NCBI GenBank assembly: GCA_040003555.1
Contig: JBDUCH010000001.1
Coordinates: 1-57,068, forward strand
Source of the DNA: Variovorax sp.
Lineage (GTDB): Bacteria; Pseudomonadota; Gammaproteobacteria; Burkholderiales; Burkholderiaceae_C
DNA length: 57,068 nucleotides
Direction of reading: 5' to 3'
Made by a program: the position numbers and the translations under genes. The notes beneath the pieces were generated by a model. It was not told where the DNA came from. It searched no databases and worked only from the letters and a program-made list of their open reading frames with translations. Shown piece after piece: positions 38,003-46,831 of this stretch (position 1 is its first letter; each line of letters starts with the position of its first letter).

Positions 38003-39303
38003 GCCCAAAGGCCCCGCGGCCCGGCGGCGCATCACCGCTGCCACCCGCAGCCACGCTCGACCTCGCACGCTGGATCCGCCCTGGGGACACGCTGCTGTGG
38101 GGCCAGTCCAGCGCCGAGCCGGTGACGCTGGTTCGTGCCTACGCGGCACAGCGCCATGCTTTCGCGCGCAGTCGCGCTTTCCTGGGCATCGGCCTGTCGG
38201 GCGTGCTGGATCCCGCGCATGCGGATGCGATCGACTTCGTCGGCTATTGCGGCAGCGGCACCAACCGCCGGCTCTGCGATGCGGGCGTGCTCGATATCCT
38301 GCCGTGCCACTACTCCGACCTGCCCGCGCTGATCCGCAGCGGCGCGCTGCGCATCGACGTGCTGCTGCTGCAAGTGCCGCCCGCCGACGCGCAGGGGCGG
38401 CACAGCCTCGGGCTGGCGCACGAATACCTGCTGGCCGCGCTGGACACGGCGCGCGTCGTGATCGCGGAAGTCAATGCGCAGATGCCATGGATCTGCGGCG
38501 AGCGCCTGCTGCAGCCCGAGGAGATCGACGTGCGCGTCGATGCGTCCTATCCGCCGCCAACCGTGCCGGCGCCCTCCGTGAGCGAGAACGAACTGGCCAT
38601 CGCAGTGCGCGTGGCCGCCCTGGTGGAAGACGGCGCGACGCTGCAATGCGGGCTGGGCGCCATTCCCGGGGCCGTACTCGGCGCACTGCATGGCCGGCGC
38701 GACCTGGGCGTGCACTCGGGCACTGTCGGCGATGCCGTCATGGGGCTGATGGAAGCCGGTGTGGTGACCAACGCGTGCAAGGGACGCGACCACGGCACCA
38801 GCATCGCCGGCGTGCTGATGGGCAGCGCGGGGCTGCATCGCTTCGCTCACCGCAACGCGGCCTTGCAGATGCGTGGTACCGAGTACACGCACGACCCGGA
38901 GGTGCTCGCCTCGCTGCTGCGCTTCGTGGCGATCAACTCCGCGGTCGAAATCGACCTGACCGGCCAGGTCAACGCCGAGGTCGCTGCCGGCTCTTACGTG
39001 GGCGCCGTAGGCGGCGCGGTCGACTTTCTGCGAGGCGCACGGCGCAGCCGCGGCGGCGTGCCCATCGTGGCGCTGCCTTCGACGGCTGGCGCGCACAGCC
39101 GCATCGTCGCCGCGCTGTCCGGCCCCGTCAGCACGCCACGATGCGACGCGGGCGTGTTCGTCACCGAACACGGCGTGGCAGACCTGCGCGGGCTGCCGCT
39201 CGCCGCGCGCATGCGGCGGATGCTCGACATCGCGCACCCGTCGCATCGCGCGCGCCTGGAGCAGGAAGGCTTCGAAGCCCACCGAAGCCACGTCCGGCGC
39301 TGA
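37987..39303 (+). CDS. Acetyl-CoA hydrolase/CoA-transferase family (4-hydroxybutyrate CoA-transferase-like)
   Basis: DGATLQCGLGAIP, AINSAVEIDLTGQVNAE, GGAVDF and VTEHGVADLRG. Start uncertain. Confidence 0.88.
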   Translation: MGSGLSPKAPRPGGASPLPPAATLDLARWIRPGDTLLWGQSSAEPVTLVRAYAAQRHAFARSRAFLGIGLSGVLDPAHADAIDFVGYCGSGTNRRLCDAGVLDILPCHYSDLPALIRSGALRIDVLLLQVPPADAQGRHSLGLAHEYLLAALDTARVVIAEVNAQMPWICGERLLQPEEIDVRVDASYPPPTVPAPSVSENELAIAVRVAALVEDGATLQCGLGAIPGAVLGALHGRRDLGVHSGTVGDAVMGLMEAGVVTNACKGRDHGTSIAGVLMGSAGLHRFAHRNAALQMRGTEYTHDPEVLASLLRFVAINSAVEIDLTGQVNAEVAAGSYVGAVGGAVDFLRGARRSRGGVPIVALPSTAGAHSRIVAALSGPVSTPRCDAGVFVTEHGVADLRGLPLAARMRRMLDIAHPSHRARLEQEGFEAHRSHVRR

Positions 39304-39344
39304 GGCGAATTTTCTCCCTTCTCATCTCGAACAGGACAACGCTC

Positions 39345-40541
39345 ATGCGACACGCATTCATCGTCAACCCGCTGCGCACCCCGGTCGGTACCTTCGGCGG
39401 CAGCCTGCGGCCGGTACCTGTCGAGGAGCTCGCCGCCACCGTGGTGCGCGAGGTTATCGGGCGCAGTGGCATCGACCCGCTGCGCATCGACGACACAGTG
39501 TTCGCGCAGTCCTATGCCAACAGCGAGACGCCGTGTATCGGACGCTGGGTTGCACTGCAGGCCGGCCTGCCGGTCGAGGTGCCCGGCATGCAGCTGGATC
39601 GCCGTTGCGGCGGCGGGCTGCAGGCGGTCGCCACCGCCGCGATGATGGTGCAGAGCGGTGCGGCCGATGTGGTGCTGGCCGGCGGCGTGGAGAGCATGAG
39701 CAACATCGAGTACTACTCGACCGACATGCGCTGGGGCGCGCGGTCGGGCTCGGTGCGCATGCAAGATCGGCTCGAGCGCGGCCGCGAACGCTCTCAGCCG
39801 GTTGAGCGCTTCGGCCCGATCTCCGGAATGATCGAGACCGCCGAAAACCTCGCGCGCGACCACGGCATCTCGCGCGAGGCTGCCGACGCCTACGCAGTGC
39901 AGAGCCACCAGCGCGCCAGCGCAGCATGGGAGGCAGGGCGCTTCGCCGACGAGATCGTTCCGGTGGAAGTGCCGCAGCGCAAGGGCGGGTCCGTGAAGTT
40001 CGGGCGCGACGAAGGCTTTCGCGCCGATACGTCGATGGACACGCTGGCCAGGCTGCGCCCCCTGATCAAGGGTGGCACGGTGACCGCAGGCAATGCCAGC
40101 CAGCAGAACGATGCTGCAGCCGCCTGCCTCGTCGTCGCCGAGGATCAGCTCGCACGTCTGGGGCTCGCGCCGATTGGCCGATTCGTGGGCTGGGCCGCGG
40201 CCGGCTGCGAACCCTCGCACATGGGCATCGGCCCGGTGCCCGCAGTGCAGAAGCTGTTCCGGCGCATCGGGCTGGGTTTCGAAGACATGGATCTGATCGA
40301 GCTCAACGAGGCCTTCGCCTGCCAGGTTCTGGCGGTGCTGAAGGGCTGGAAATGGAACGACCAGGCACGTCTCAATGTGAACGGCTCGGGCATCTCGCTC
40401 GGACATCCGATCGGCGCCACCGGCGTGCGCATGATGTGCACCCTGCTGCACGAGCTGCGCCGGCGCGGCGGGCGCTACGGGCTCGAGACCATGTGCATTG
40501 GCGGTGGCCAGGGCATCGCCGCAGTGTTCGAACGGGTATGA
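39345..40541 (+). CDS. Acetyl-CoA C-acyltransferase (thiolase)
   Basis: DRRCGGGL, NEAF, GHPIG and MCIGGGQG. AGGA RBS precedes ATG 39345. Confidence 0.95.
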   Translation: MRHAFIVNPLRTPVGTFGGSLRPVPVEELAATVVREVIGRSGIDPLRIDDTVFAQSYANSETPCIGRWVALQAGLPVEVPGMQLDRRCGGGLQAVATAAMMVQSGAADVVLAGGVESMSNIEYYSTDMRWGARSGSVRMQDRLERGRERSQPVERFGPISGMIETAENLARDHGISREAADAYAVQSHQRASAAWEAGRFADEIVPVEVPQRKGGSVKFGRDEGFRADTSMDTLARLRPLIKGGTVTAGNASQQNDAAAACLVVAEDQLARLGLAPIGRFVGWAAAGCEPSHMGIGPVPAVQKLFRRIGLGFEDMDLIELNEAFACQVLAVLKGWKWNDQARLNVNGSGISLGHPIGATGVRMMCTLLHELRRRGGRYGLETMCIGGGQGIAAVFERV

Positions 40542-40575
40542 ACGACACCGTCAGCGCCACCAGTCGACTCGAAAA

Positions 40576-41868
40576 TCAGTAGCCCAAAGGCAAGCTCAGA
40601 CGTGCCTCCAGCCCACCGCCCGCCCGGTTGGTCAGGCTGAGCCTGCCGTTCAGCGCCAGTGCGAGTTCCTGCGCGATCGCAAGGCCCAATCCGGTGCCGC
40701 CGGTCTCGCGGTTCCTAGAAGACTCGACGCGGTAGAACGGCTGCAGCACTGGCGCCAGCTCGGCCTCCGGAATGCCCGGGCCGCGGTCGCGCACTGAGAT
40801 ATGCACCTCGTGGGCGGTGACTTCGACCACCACCTGCGCGGCCCCGCCGAACTTCAGCGCGTTGTCGAGCAGGTTGGTTAGCGCGCGCCGCAGCGCCTGC
40901 ACCCGCGTGGTAAGCGGTGCCTCGTGCCGGCCCAGCAACTCGGCCTGGTGGCCGGCATCCATCGCATCGCACACCAGGCCGTCGAGCAGGGCGTTGAGAT
41001 CGACCGCGCGAAGTGGTTCGCGCACGGCCTGTGACGTGCGCGCATAGGCCAGACCTTCCTCCACGAGCAGCTGCATGCCGTCGAGATCGGACAACAGCTT
41101 GCCGCGCTGATCTGCATCCAGCACCTGCTCGACGCGCAACCTCATGCGCGTGATGGGCGTCTGCAGATCGTGCGAGATGGCGGCGAGCAGCCGCTGCCGT
41201 TCAGCCAGATGCGCGTCGATGCGCTGCTGCATGGCGTTGAACGCGCGCGCCGCCTGCGCGACCTCGCGGGGGCCCGCTTCCGCCAGCGCGGCGCCATTGC
41301 CGCCGGGCTTGAGCGCATCGGCCGCATCTGCAAGATGCTGCAGCGGTCGCACCGCAAGCCGCACGCCCCACCAGGTCGCCACGGCGAGGAACAGCAGTTG
41401 CACCAGCAGCAGCACCACCGCTTCGGTCGAGATCATCGCCGCGGGCGGTCTCAGCCGCAGGATCAGCGGCGCGCCATCTTCGAGCCGCAGCGGCAGCAAC
41501 AGATCCGACCCGGTACCGCGCACGATAGCGCCGACGCGCGCCGCGCCGAGCTCGGCCGCGACGATGCGCGCCAGGCCCTGCGCGGGCGGCTCGGCCGTGG
41601 GCACTGCCGGCGGCGCCGCGTCGAGCGTGTAGCTGTAGTTCTGGCGTGCCAGCCGCGGCAACCAGGCCGCGCGCTCGGCCGGCGGCACGCGGTCGAGGAT
41701 CGCCACCGCGCTCGACACGTCGCGGCCCAGGTAGGCCAGCATCATCGATTGCGACAACTCGCTGCGCTCGCGCAGAAGCGCCAGGAAGGTCAGTCCGTGC
41801 GCCAGTGCGAGGCCGGCGAACACCACCAGCGCCACCCGGCCGAACAGCGAGCGTGGCAACAGGCTCAC
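40576..41868 (-). CDS. EnvZ-like sensor histidine kinase
   Basis: Two TMs, HAMP (GPREV), SHDLQTP, NLLDNA, DRGPGI and GTGLGL. GTGA overlap with the regulator gene. Confidence 0.93.
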   Translation of the reverse strand: MSLLPRSLFGRVALVVFAGLALAHGLTFLALLRERSELSQSMMLAYLGRDVSSAVAILDRVPPAERAAWLPRLARQNYSYTLDAAPPAVPTAEPPAQGLARIVAAELGAARVGAIVRGTGSDLLLPLRLEDGAPLILRLRPPAAMISTEAVVLLLVQLLFLAVATWWGVRLAVRPLQHLADAADALKPGGNGAALAEAGPREVAQAARAFNAMQQRIDAHLAERQRLLAAISHDLQTPITRMRLRVEQVLDADQRGKLLSDLDGMQLLVEEGLAYARTSQAVREPLRAVDLNALLDGLVCDAMDAGHQAELLGRHEAPLTTRVQALRRALTNLLDNALKFGGAAQVVVEVTAHEVHISVRDRGPGIPEAELAPVLQPFYRVESSRNRETGGTGLGLAIAQELALALNGRLSLTNRAGGGLEARLSLPLGY

Positions 41869-42602
41869 GCGTGGCCCGCCGCGTGCACCTCGGCACAGAA
41901 CACGTAGCCTTCGGCCCGCACGGTCTTGATGTAGCGCGGCTCGCGCGAGTCGTCGCGCAAACGCCGGCGCAGGCGGCTCACCAGCAGATCGATGGAGCGG
42001 TCGAAGGCATCCGCATCGCGTCCTTGCGTGAGGTTGAGCAACTGGTCGCGGTGCAGCACGCACTGCGGCCGCTCGAGCAGTACCAGCAGCAAGCGGTATT
42101 CAGCCCCCGTGAGCGGCACCAGCGTGCCCTGGCCATCGACAAGGTGCCGCGCAGTGGTGTCGAGCCGCCAGTCGCCGAACAGCAGTTCGCGCGCCGGTTG
42201 TGCCGGCCGCAGGTTCGGCGGCAGCATGCGCGTGCGGCGCAGCACCGCGCGGATGCGCGCCAGCAGCTCGCGCGTGGCGAAGGGCTTAGTCAGGTAGTCG
42301 TCGGCGCCCATTTCGAGGCCGAGGATGCGGTCGGCCTCCTCGCTGCGAGCCGTGAGCATGAGGATCGGAATCGGCGTCTCGCCGCGCGCGCGCAGGTCGC
42401 GGCACAGCGACAGGCCGTCCTCGCCGGGAAGCATGAGGTCGAGCACGATCAGGTCGACCGGCCCGTTGGCCAGCGCTGCGCGCATCTGGGTGGCGTTGCC
42501 CGCCGTGCTCACGCGAAAGCCGCCTTCCTCCAGGTACTGGCGCAGCAGTCCGAGGATCTGGCGGTCGTCGTCGACGATGAGGACGTGGTCGGGGGTCTCC
42601 AT
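41865..42602 (-). CDS. OmpR-family response regulator
   Basis: VDDD, LDLMLPGEDG, KPF and winged-helix DRSIDLLVSRLRRRL...IKTVRAEGY. Confidence 0.94.
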   Translation of the reverse strand: METPDHVLIVDDDRQILGLLRQYLEEGGFRVSTAGNATQMRAALANGPVDLIVLDLMLPGEDGLSLCRDLRARGETPIPILMLTARSEEADRILGLEMGADDYLTKPFATRELLARIRAVLRRTRMLPPNLRPAQPARELLFGDWRLDTTARHLVDGQGTLVPLTGAEYRLLLVLLERPQCVLHRDQLLNLTQGRDADAFDRSIDLLVSRLRRRLRDDSREPRYIKTVRAEGYVFCAEVHAAGHA

Positions 42603-42782
42603 GAGGCGACCATAGCCGCATTCGGAGCACTTCGGGCGGCACCCTGCGGCGCTGTTTTGTATCGCTCTTTGTCCGGCCGGGCGGTCGACACAAAGCGCGA
42701 CCACAGGCACGCGCGTTCGACACATCCGTATCGAGCAGCCGCGTTGCAATGAGCGCTTCATTCACTCGCCGTGGAGCACACC

Positions 42783-43301
42783 ATGTCATTGCCTCTGTCA
42801 ACGCCAACCCGCCATCGCCGCGTTGTCGCCTCCATGCTGGGGGCGTGCCTCTGGCTCGCAGCCTGCGGTGCACAGGCCCAGGCGGCCGCCGACCCGCGCG
42901 GCCGCTGGATCACCGAGAGTGGCAACCTGGAAGTCGAGATCGCGCCCTGCGGCGCCGCGCTGTGCGGCATCGCGACCCGGGTGCTCGGCAACCGCTCGAT
43001 GAGCCCGGGCGCGCAGCCGATGCAGGCCGTCGACACGCGCCCGGCGCTGGGCATGAAGATCCTGCAGGACTTCGTGCCGGTCGCTCAAGGCGACGCCGGC
43101 GCGTCTCCGGCGGAATGGAGCGGGCAGATCTACAACCGCGAGAACGGCAAGACCTATCGCTGCAACATGCGCGTGAGCACGGACGGCAACGCGGCGGGAG
43201 AGTTGCTGCTGCACGCCTACGTCGGGCTGCCGCTGTTCGGCAAGACGCAGCGCTGGCTGCGCGCGTCGGCCGACGCGCCGGACACGACGGTTCGCCACTG
43301 A
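42783..43301 (+). CDS. DUF2147-like exported protein
   Basis: Signal peptide, GRWITESG, VEIAPCG..LCG, WSGQIYNRENGKTY and GKTQRW. Confidence 0.8.
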   Translation: MSLPLSTPTRHRRVVASMLGACLWLAACGAQAQAAADPRGRWITESGNLEVEIAPCGAALCGIATRVLGNRSMSPGAQPMQAVDTRPALGMKILQDFVPVAQGDAGASPAEWSGQIYNRENGKTYRCNMRVSTDGNAAGELLLHAYVGLPLFGKTQRWLRASADAPDTTVRH

Positions 43302-43317
43302 GCAGGAGACCTTCCCC

Positions 43318-44502
43318 ATGCTGCAACTCCTGCTTGCCCTCGGCGCCGGTATCGCGACCGTCACCAGCCCCTGCATCCTGCCGCTGCTGCCACTGCTGCT
43401 CGGCGCCACGCTCGCGCCCGCGACCGGCAACGGGCAGTCGCGCGCGACGCGGCTGCGGCCGGTGTTCATCGTGCTCGGTTTTGTTCTTTCGTTCGCATCG
43501 GCCGCACTGTTGTTCGGCGCTTCCACACGCGTGCTCGGCCTGTCGCCAGAGGTTCTGCGCAATGCCAGCATCGTGGTGCTGATGGTGTTCGGGCTGCTGT
43601 TGTCATGGCCTGCGCTGCTCGAGCGCGCCATGCGGCCGCTAGGGCGGCTGGCCCAGGTGGGCCAGCGGCTTGGCGACCGCGCCGGCGCCAGCCACGGCGG
43701 AGCGCTGCTGCTCGGCATGAGCCTGGGCCTGTTGTGGACGCCCTGCGCCGGCCCGGTGCTCGCGTCGATGCTGGCGCTGGTGGCGAGCGAGCAACAACCG
43801 GTGCATGCGGCCGGACTGCTGCTGGTGTACGCCGCGGGCGCGGGGCTGCCGATGCTGGCCATCGCGTACGGCGGCCAGGCCGTCACCCGGCGCGTACGTG
43901 CGCTGGCGCGCCATGGGGCACAGATCCGCCGCGTGTTCGGCGTGCTCGTGATGGCGACGGCCGCCGCGATGTTCTGGCAGGTCGATACCCAAGTGGCGGC
44001 ATGGCTGTCGCGCACGCTGCCGATGCCTTCGGCCGTCGCGGCGCCGTCGGCACCCGAGGCCGCGGCGCGGGCGCCCGCCTTCACCGGCATCGACCAGTGG
44101 TTCAACACGCCGCCGCTCAGCATGGCCGGCCTGCGCGGCAAGGTCGTGCTGGTGGACTTCTGGACCTATGCCTGCGTCAACTGCGTCAATACGCTGCCGC
44201 ACCTGCAGCGCTGGCACGAGCGGTACCGCGACCAGGGGCTGGTGGTGGTGGGCGTGCACACACCGGAGTTCGCCTTCGAGCGCGACGCCGGCAACGTGCA
44301 GGCGGCCATTCGGCGCCACGGCATCGGCTACCCGGTCGCGCAGGACAACCGCTATCAGACCTGGACCGACTGGGGCGTGCACTACTGGCCGAGCCTCTAC
44401 CTGGTCGATCGTGAGGGCCGCATCGTGTTCAGGCACGTCGGGGAGGGCGACTATGCGCACATCGAACGGGAGATCCAGAAAGCGTTGGCCGCTGGCGCGT
44501 GA
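43318..44502 (+). CDS. DipZ-like CcdA/DsbD-thioredoxin fusion
   Basis: TM domain with SPCILP and WTPCAGP; TlpA-like LVDFWTYACVNC and GVHTPEF. Confidence 0.9.
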   Translation: MLQLLLALGAGIATVTSPCILPLLPLLLGATLAPATGNGQSRATRLRPVFIVLGFVLSFASAALLFGASTRVLGLSPEVLRNASIVVLMVFGLLLSWPALLERAMRPLGRLAQVGQRLGDRAGASHGGALLLGMSLGLLWTPCAGPVLASMLALVASEQQPVHAAGLLLVYAAGAGLPMLAIAYGGQAVTRRVRALARHGAQIRRVFGVLVMATAAAMFWQVDTQVAAWLSRTLPMPSAVAAPSAPEAAARAPAFTGIDQWFNTPPLSMAGLRGKVVLVDFWTYACVNCVNTLPHLQRWHERYRDQGLVVVGVHTPEFAFERDAGNVQAAIRRHGIGYPVAQDNRYQTWTDWGVHYWPSLYLVDREGRIVFRHVGEGDYAHIEREIQKALAAGA

Positions 44503-44659
44503 CGCAAATTCTTTGCGGTACGATGTGTTCGAGCAGTAGCAGTTTCTTCATCACTTCGTTGCGCAACAGGCAACAACCGGGTTCGAATCTTGTGCGCGAA
44601 ATCAACCACCCCATGCCCCCGGTGAACGCGCGCCATGTCGATATGAAGGGTTTCTTGCG

Positions 44660-46096
44660 ATGAGAGGGGGGTCTACCTTCGCCGGGCTGGGCAACTCTTC
44701 GTTTGCCAGCCTCACGCCGGCGCCCGCCACCGCGGACGAAGCCGAGCCATGGGTGCGCGGCGAGCTGATCCGCAGCCTGATGCGATCTGCGCGCGGCTCA
44801 CATCTGTTCGGCGCGGCCCTGATGCCGGTGCTGGTCTCCCTGTGTTGGGATCGCGTGCCGGCCTGGCAACTGCTGGCGTGGCTGGCAATCGGCGTCAGCG
44901 CAACCGGCGCCCGTATCTGGGGCGAGCACCTGTACCACACGCGCTATTCCGAAAAGGACGCCGCCGCGCAGGAGCGCTTCGTCTACCGCTACCGCTACCT
45001 CTGGAGTGCCAGCGCGTTCTCGTGGGGTTTGTCGATCCTGATCTTCTTCGAGCGGGTGCCGGTGGTCAGCCAGTTCGTTTGCTGGCTCATGGTGGCGGGC
45101 GTGGCCACTTTCCCCCTCAACGGCCTGGCCCTGCATCCGCCGCTGCTGCGCCGCTATGTCAACACGCTGTTCATCACGATGATGGCGGCGCTGTTGCTGC
45201 GCATGGTGCAGTTGCGATTCGTCGAGCTGCATTTCAGCTATGGCTTCCTGCTGCTGCCGCTGATGCACTGGGGACTGCTGCTGCGCGCCGGGCGCCGCAT
45301 CCACGAGACCGCGCGCAACAGCTTCGAGCTGCTGTTTCACAACCACATCCTGATCAACTCGCTCACCCAGCAGCGCCAGGCGGCCGTGTCCGCGGTGGCC
45401 ATGAAGAACCGCTTTCTGGCCAGTGCCGCGCACGACATGCGCCAGCCGGTGCTGGCGCTCTCGCTCTATGCCGACTGGCTGCGCAACGAGCCCGAGCTGG
45501 TGGAAGAGATCGCGCCGAAGATCGTGCGCGCGACCCATGCGGTCAATGCGCTGTTCGACTCGCTGTTCGACCTGGCGCGCATCGATTCGGGCCAGGTGCG
45601 GCTGCACATCGAGCGAGTCGACGTGCCGCAGTTGCTGCACGACCTCGAGCTGCAATACCGGCCGGTGGCCGAATCGAAGGGGCTGCGTTTCAGGGTGCAT
45701 TCCACGCCCGGCGCCGTGCTGACCGACCCGATCCGCGTGCGCCGCATGATCGGCAATCTGCTGGCCAATGCGATCAAGTACACGACCGAGGGCGGCGTCC
45801 TGCTGGCGGCGCGCGAAACGTCGGACGGGCTGCGGGTGGAGGTCTGGGACACCGGCATCGGCATCGCGCGCGAACACCTTCGCGACGTGTTCCTGGAGTT
45901 CTACAAGGTCGCAGACCATGCCGGCACGTCGGATGGCTTCGGCCTCGGATTGGCGATCGTGGCGCGCCTGTCGCATGCGCTCGGCCACCCGGTCAGCGTG
46001 CGCTCGCGGCTCGGGCGCGGCAGCGTGTTTCGCGTGGCCCTGCACGACGCCGACGAGACGCAGGCCCAGACCCGGATTTCGGGTTCGGTGGGCTGA
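44660..46096 (+). CDS. Multi-TM sensor histidine kinase
   Basis: About 5-6 TMs, AHDMRQP, NLLANAIKY, DTGIGI and GFGLGL. Confidence 0.92.
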   Translation: MRGGSTFAGLGNSSFASLTPAPATADEAEPWVRGELIRSLMRSARGSHLFGAALMPVLVSLCWDRVPAWQLLAWLAIGVSATGARIWGEHLYHTRYSEKDAAAQERFVYRYRYLWSASAFSWGLSILIFFERVPVVSQFVCWLMVAGVATFPLNGLALHPPLLRRYVNTLFITMMAALLLRMVQLRFVELHFSYGFLLLPLMHWGLLLRAGRRIHETARNSFELLFHNHILINSLTQQRQAAVSAVAMKNRFLASAAHDMRQPVLALSLYADWLRNEPELVEEIAPKIVRATHAVNALFDSLFDLARIDSGQVRLHIERVDVPQLLHDLELQYRPVAESKGLRFRVHSTPGAVLTDPIRVRRMIGNLLANAIKYTTEGGVLLAARETSDGLRVEVWDTGIGIAREHLRDVFLEFYKVADHAGTSDGFGLGLAIVARLSHALGHPVSVRSRLGRGSVFRVALHDADETQAQTRISGSVG

Positions 46097-46114
46097 AAAA
46101 AGCCGCAGTGCGGT

Positions 46115-46144
46115 AAAAAAAGGGCCGCTTGCGCGGCCCTTTTT
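46115..46144. terminator. Bidirectional intrinsic terminator
   Basis: AAAAAAAGGGCCGC-TTGC-GCGGCCCTTTTT between convergent genes. Confidence 0.85.
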
Positions 46145-46748
46145 ACATGGCGCCCGAGGAGAGCAGGCCGTGGCTGCGTGCGTGGTGCAGCGCCTGGGTA
46201 CGGCTCTTGACGCCAAGGCGGCGGAACAGGCGCCACAGATGCACCTTGACCGTGTGTTCGCTGATCTCGAGTTCGGTGGCGATGTCGCGGTTGCTCATGC
46301 CCTTGTCGAGCATCGCGATCAGCTGGGTCTGGCGCTTCGACAGCTTGCTGTTGTTGGCGGCGACCGGCTCTTCGCCTTCGGCGTCGGCCATCAACAGTCC
46401 GCGCAATGCGGCGGCCAACTCGCTCGAGCCGGCCGATTTCTCGATGTAGATGTCGGCACCGGCTTCGATGCAGGCCTCTTCCATGTCGGCGGCAGGCGAG
46501 GCCGAATACACCGCGATCGGCACGTCCGGATAGATCTGCTTGACCGACACGACGCCGGACACGCCGGTGATGTCGGGCAGTTTCAGGTCGAGACAGAAGA
46601 GATCGGGCTTGCCATGCTGCTTGACCGCAGCGGCCAGCTTGTCAAGGCGCTCGAGCTCGACGATGTTCTCGGCGGGACGCAGGCGCCGCAGCACCATGAC
46701 GATGGCGTCGCGCATCAGGGGATGGTCGTCTATGACGTAAATACTCAT
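46143..46748 (-). CDS. LuxR/NarL-family response regulator
   Basis: IDDHPL, CLDLKLPD and HTH LSKRQ...EHTVKVHL. Confidence 0.92.
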   Translation of the reverse strand: MSIYVIDDHPLMRDAIVMVLRRLRPAENIVELERLDKLAAAVKQHGKPDLFCLDLKLPDITGVSGVVSVKQIYPDVPIAVYSASPAADMEEACIEAGADIYIEKSAGSSELAAALRGLLMADAEGEEPVAANNSKLSKRQTQLIAMLDKGMSNRDIATELEISEHTVKVHLWRLFRRLGVKSRTQALHHARSHGLLSSGAM

Positions 46749-46831
46749 GCGATCAAGTGTAAGTGCGTGCGGCACTTGTTGCCTGCTGCAACCCGCGTTT
46801 TTGCATACCTCTTAGCACTAGCCCTTTTGGT

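Noticed and set aside
38097-39344. Apparent 814-aa fusion to the thiolase; likewise the extensions on trpS (to 48493) and the thiolase (to 31208)
   Set aside because: These are off-frame overlaps with the upstream genes, and plausible internal ATG starts exist.
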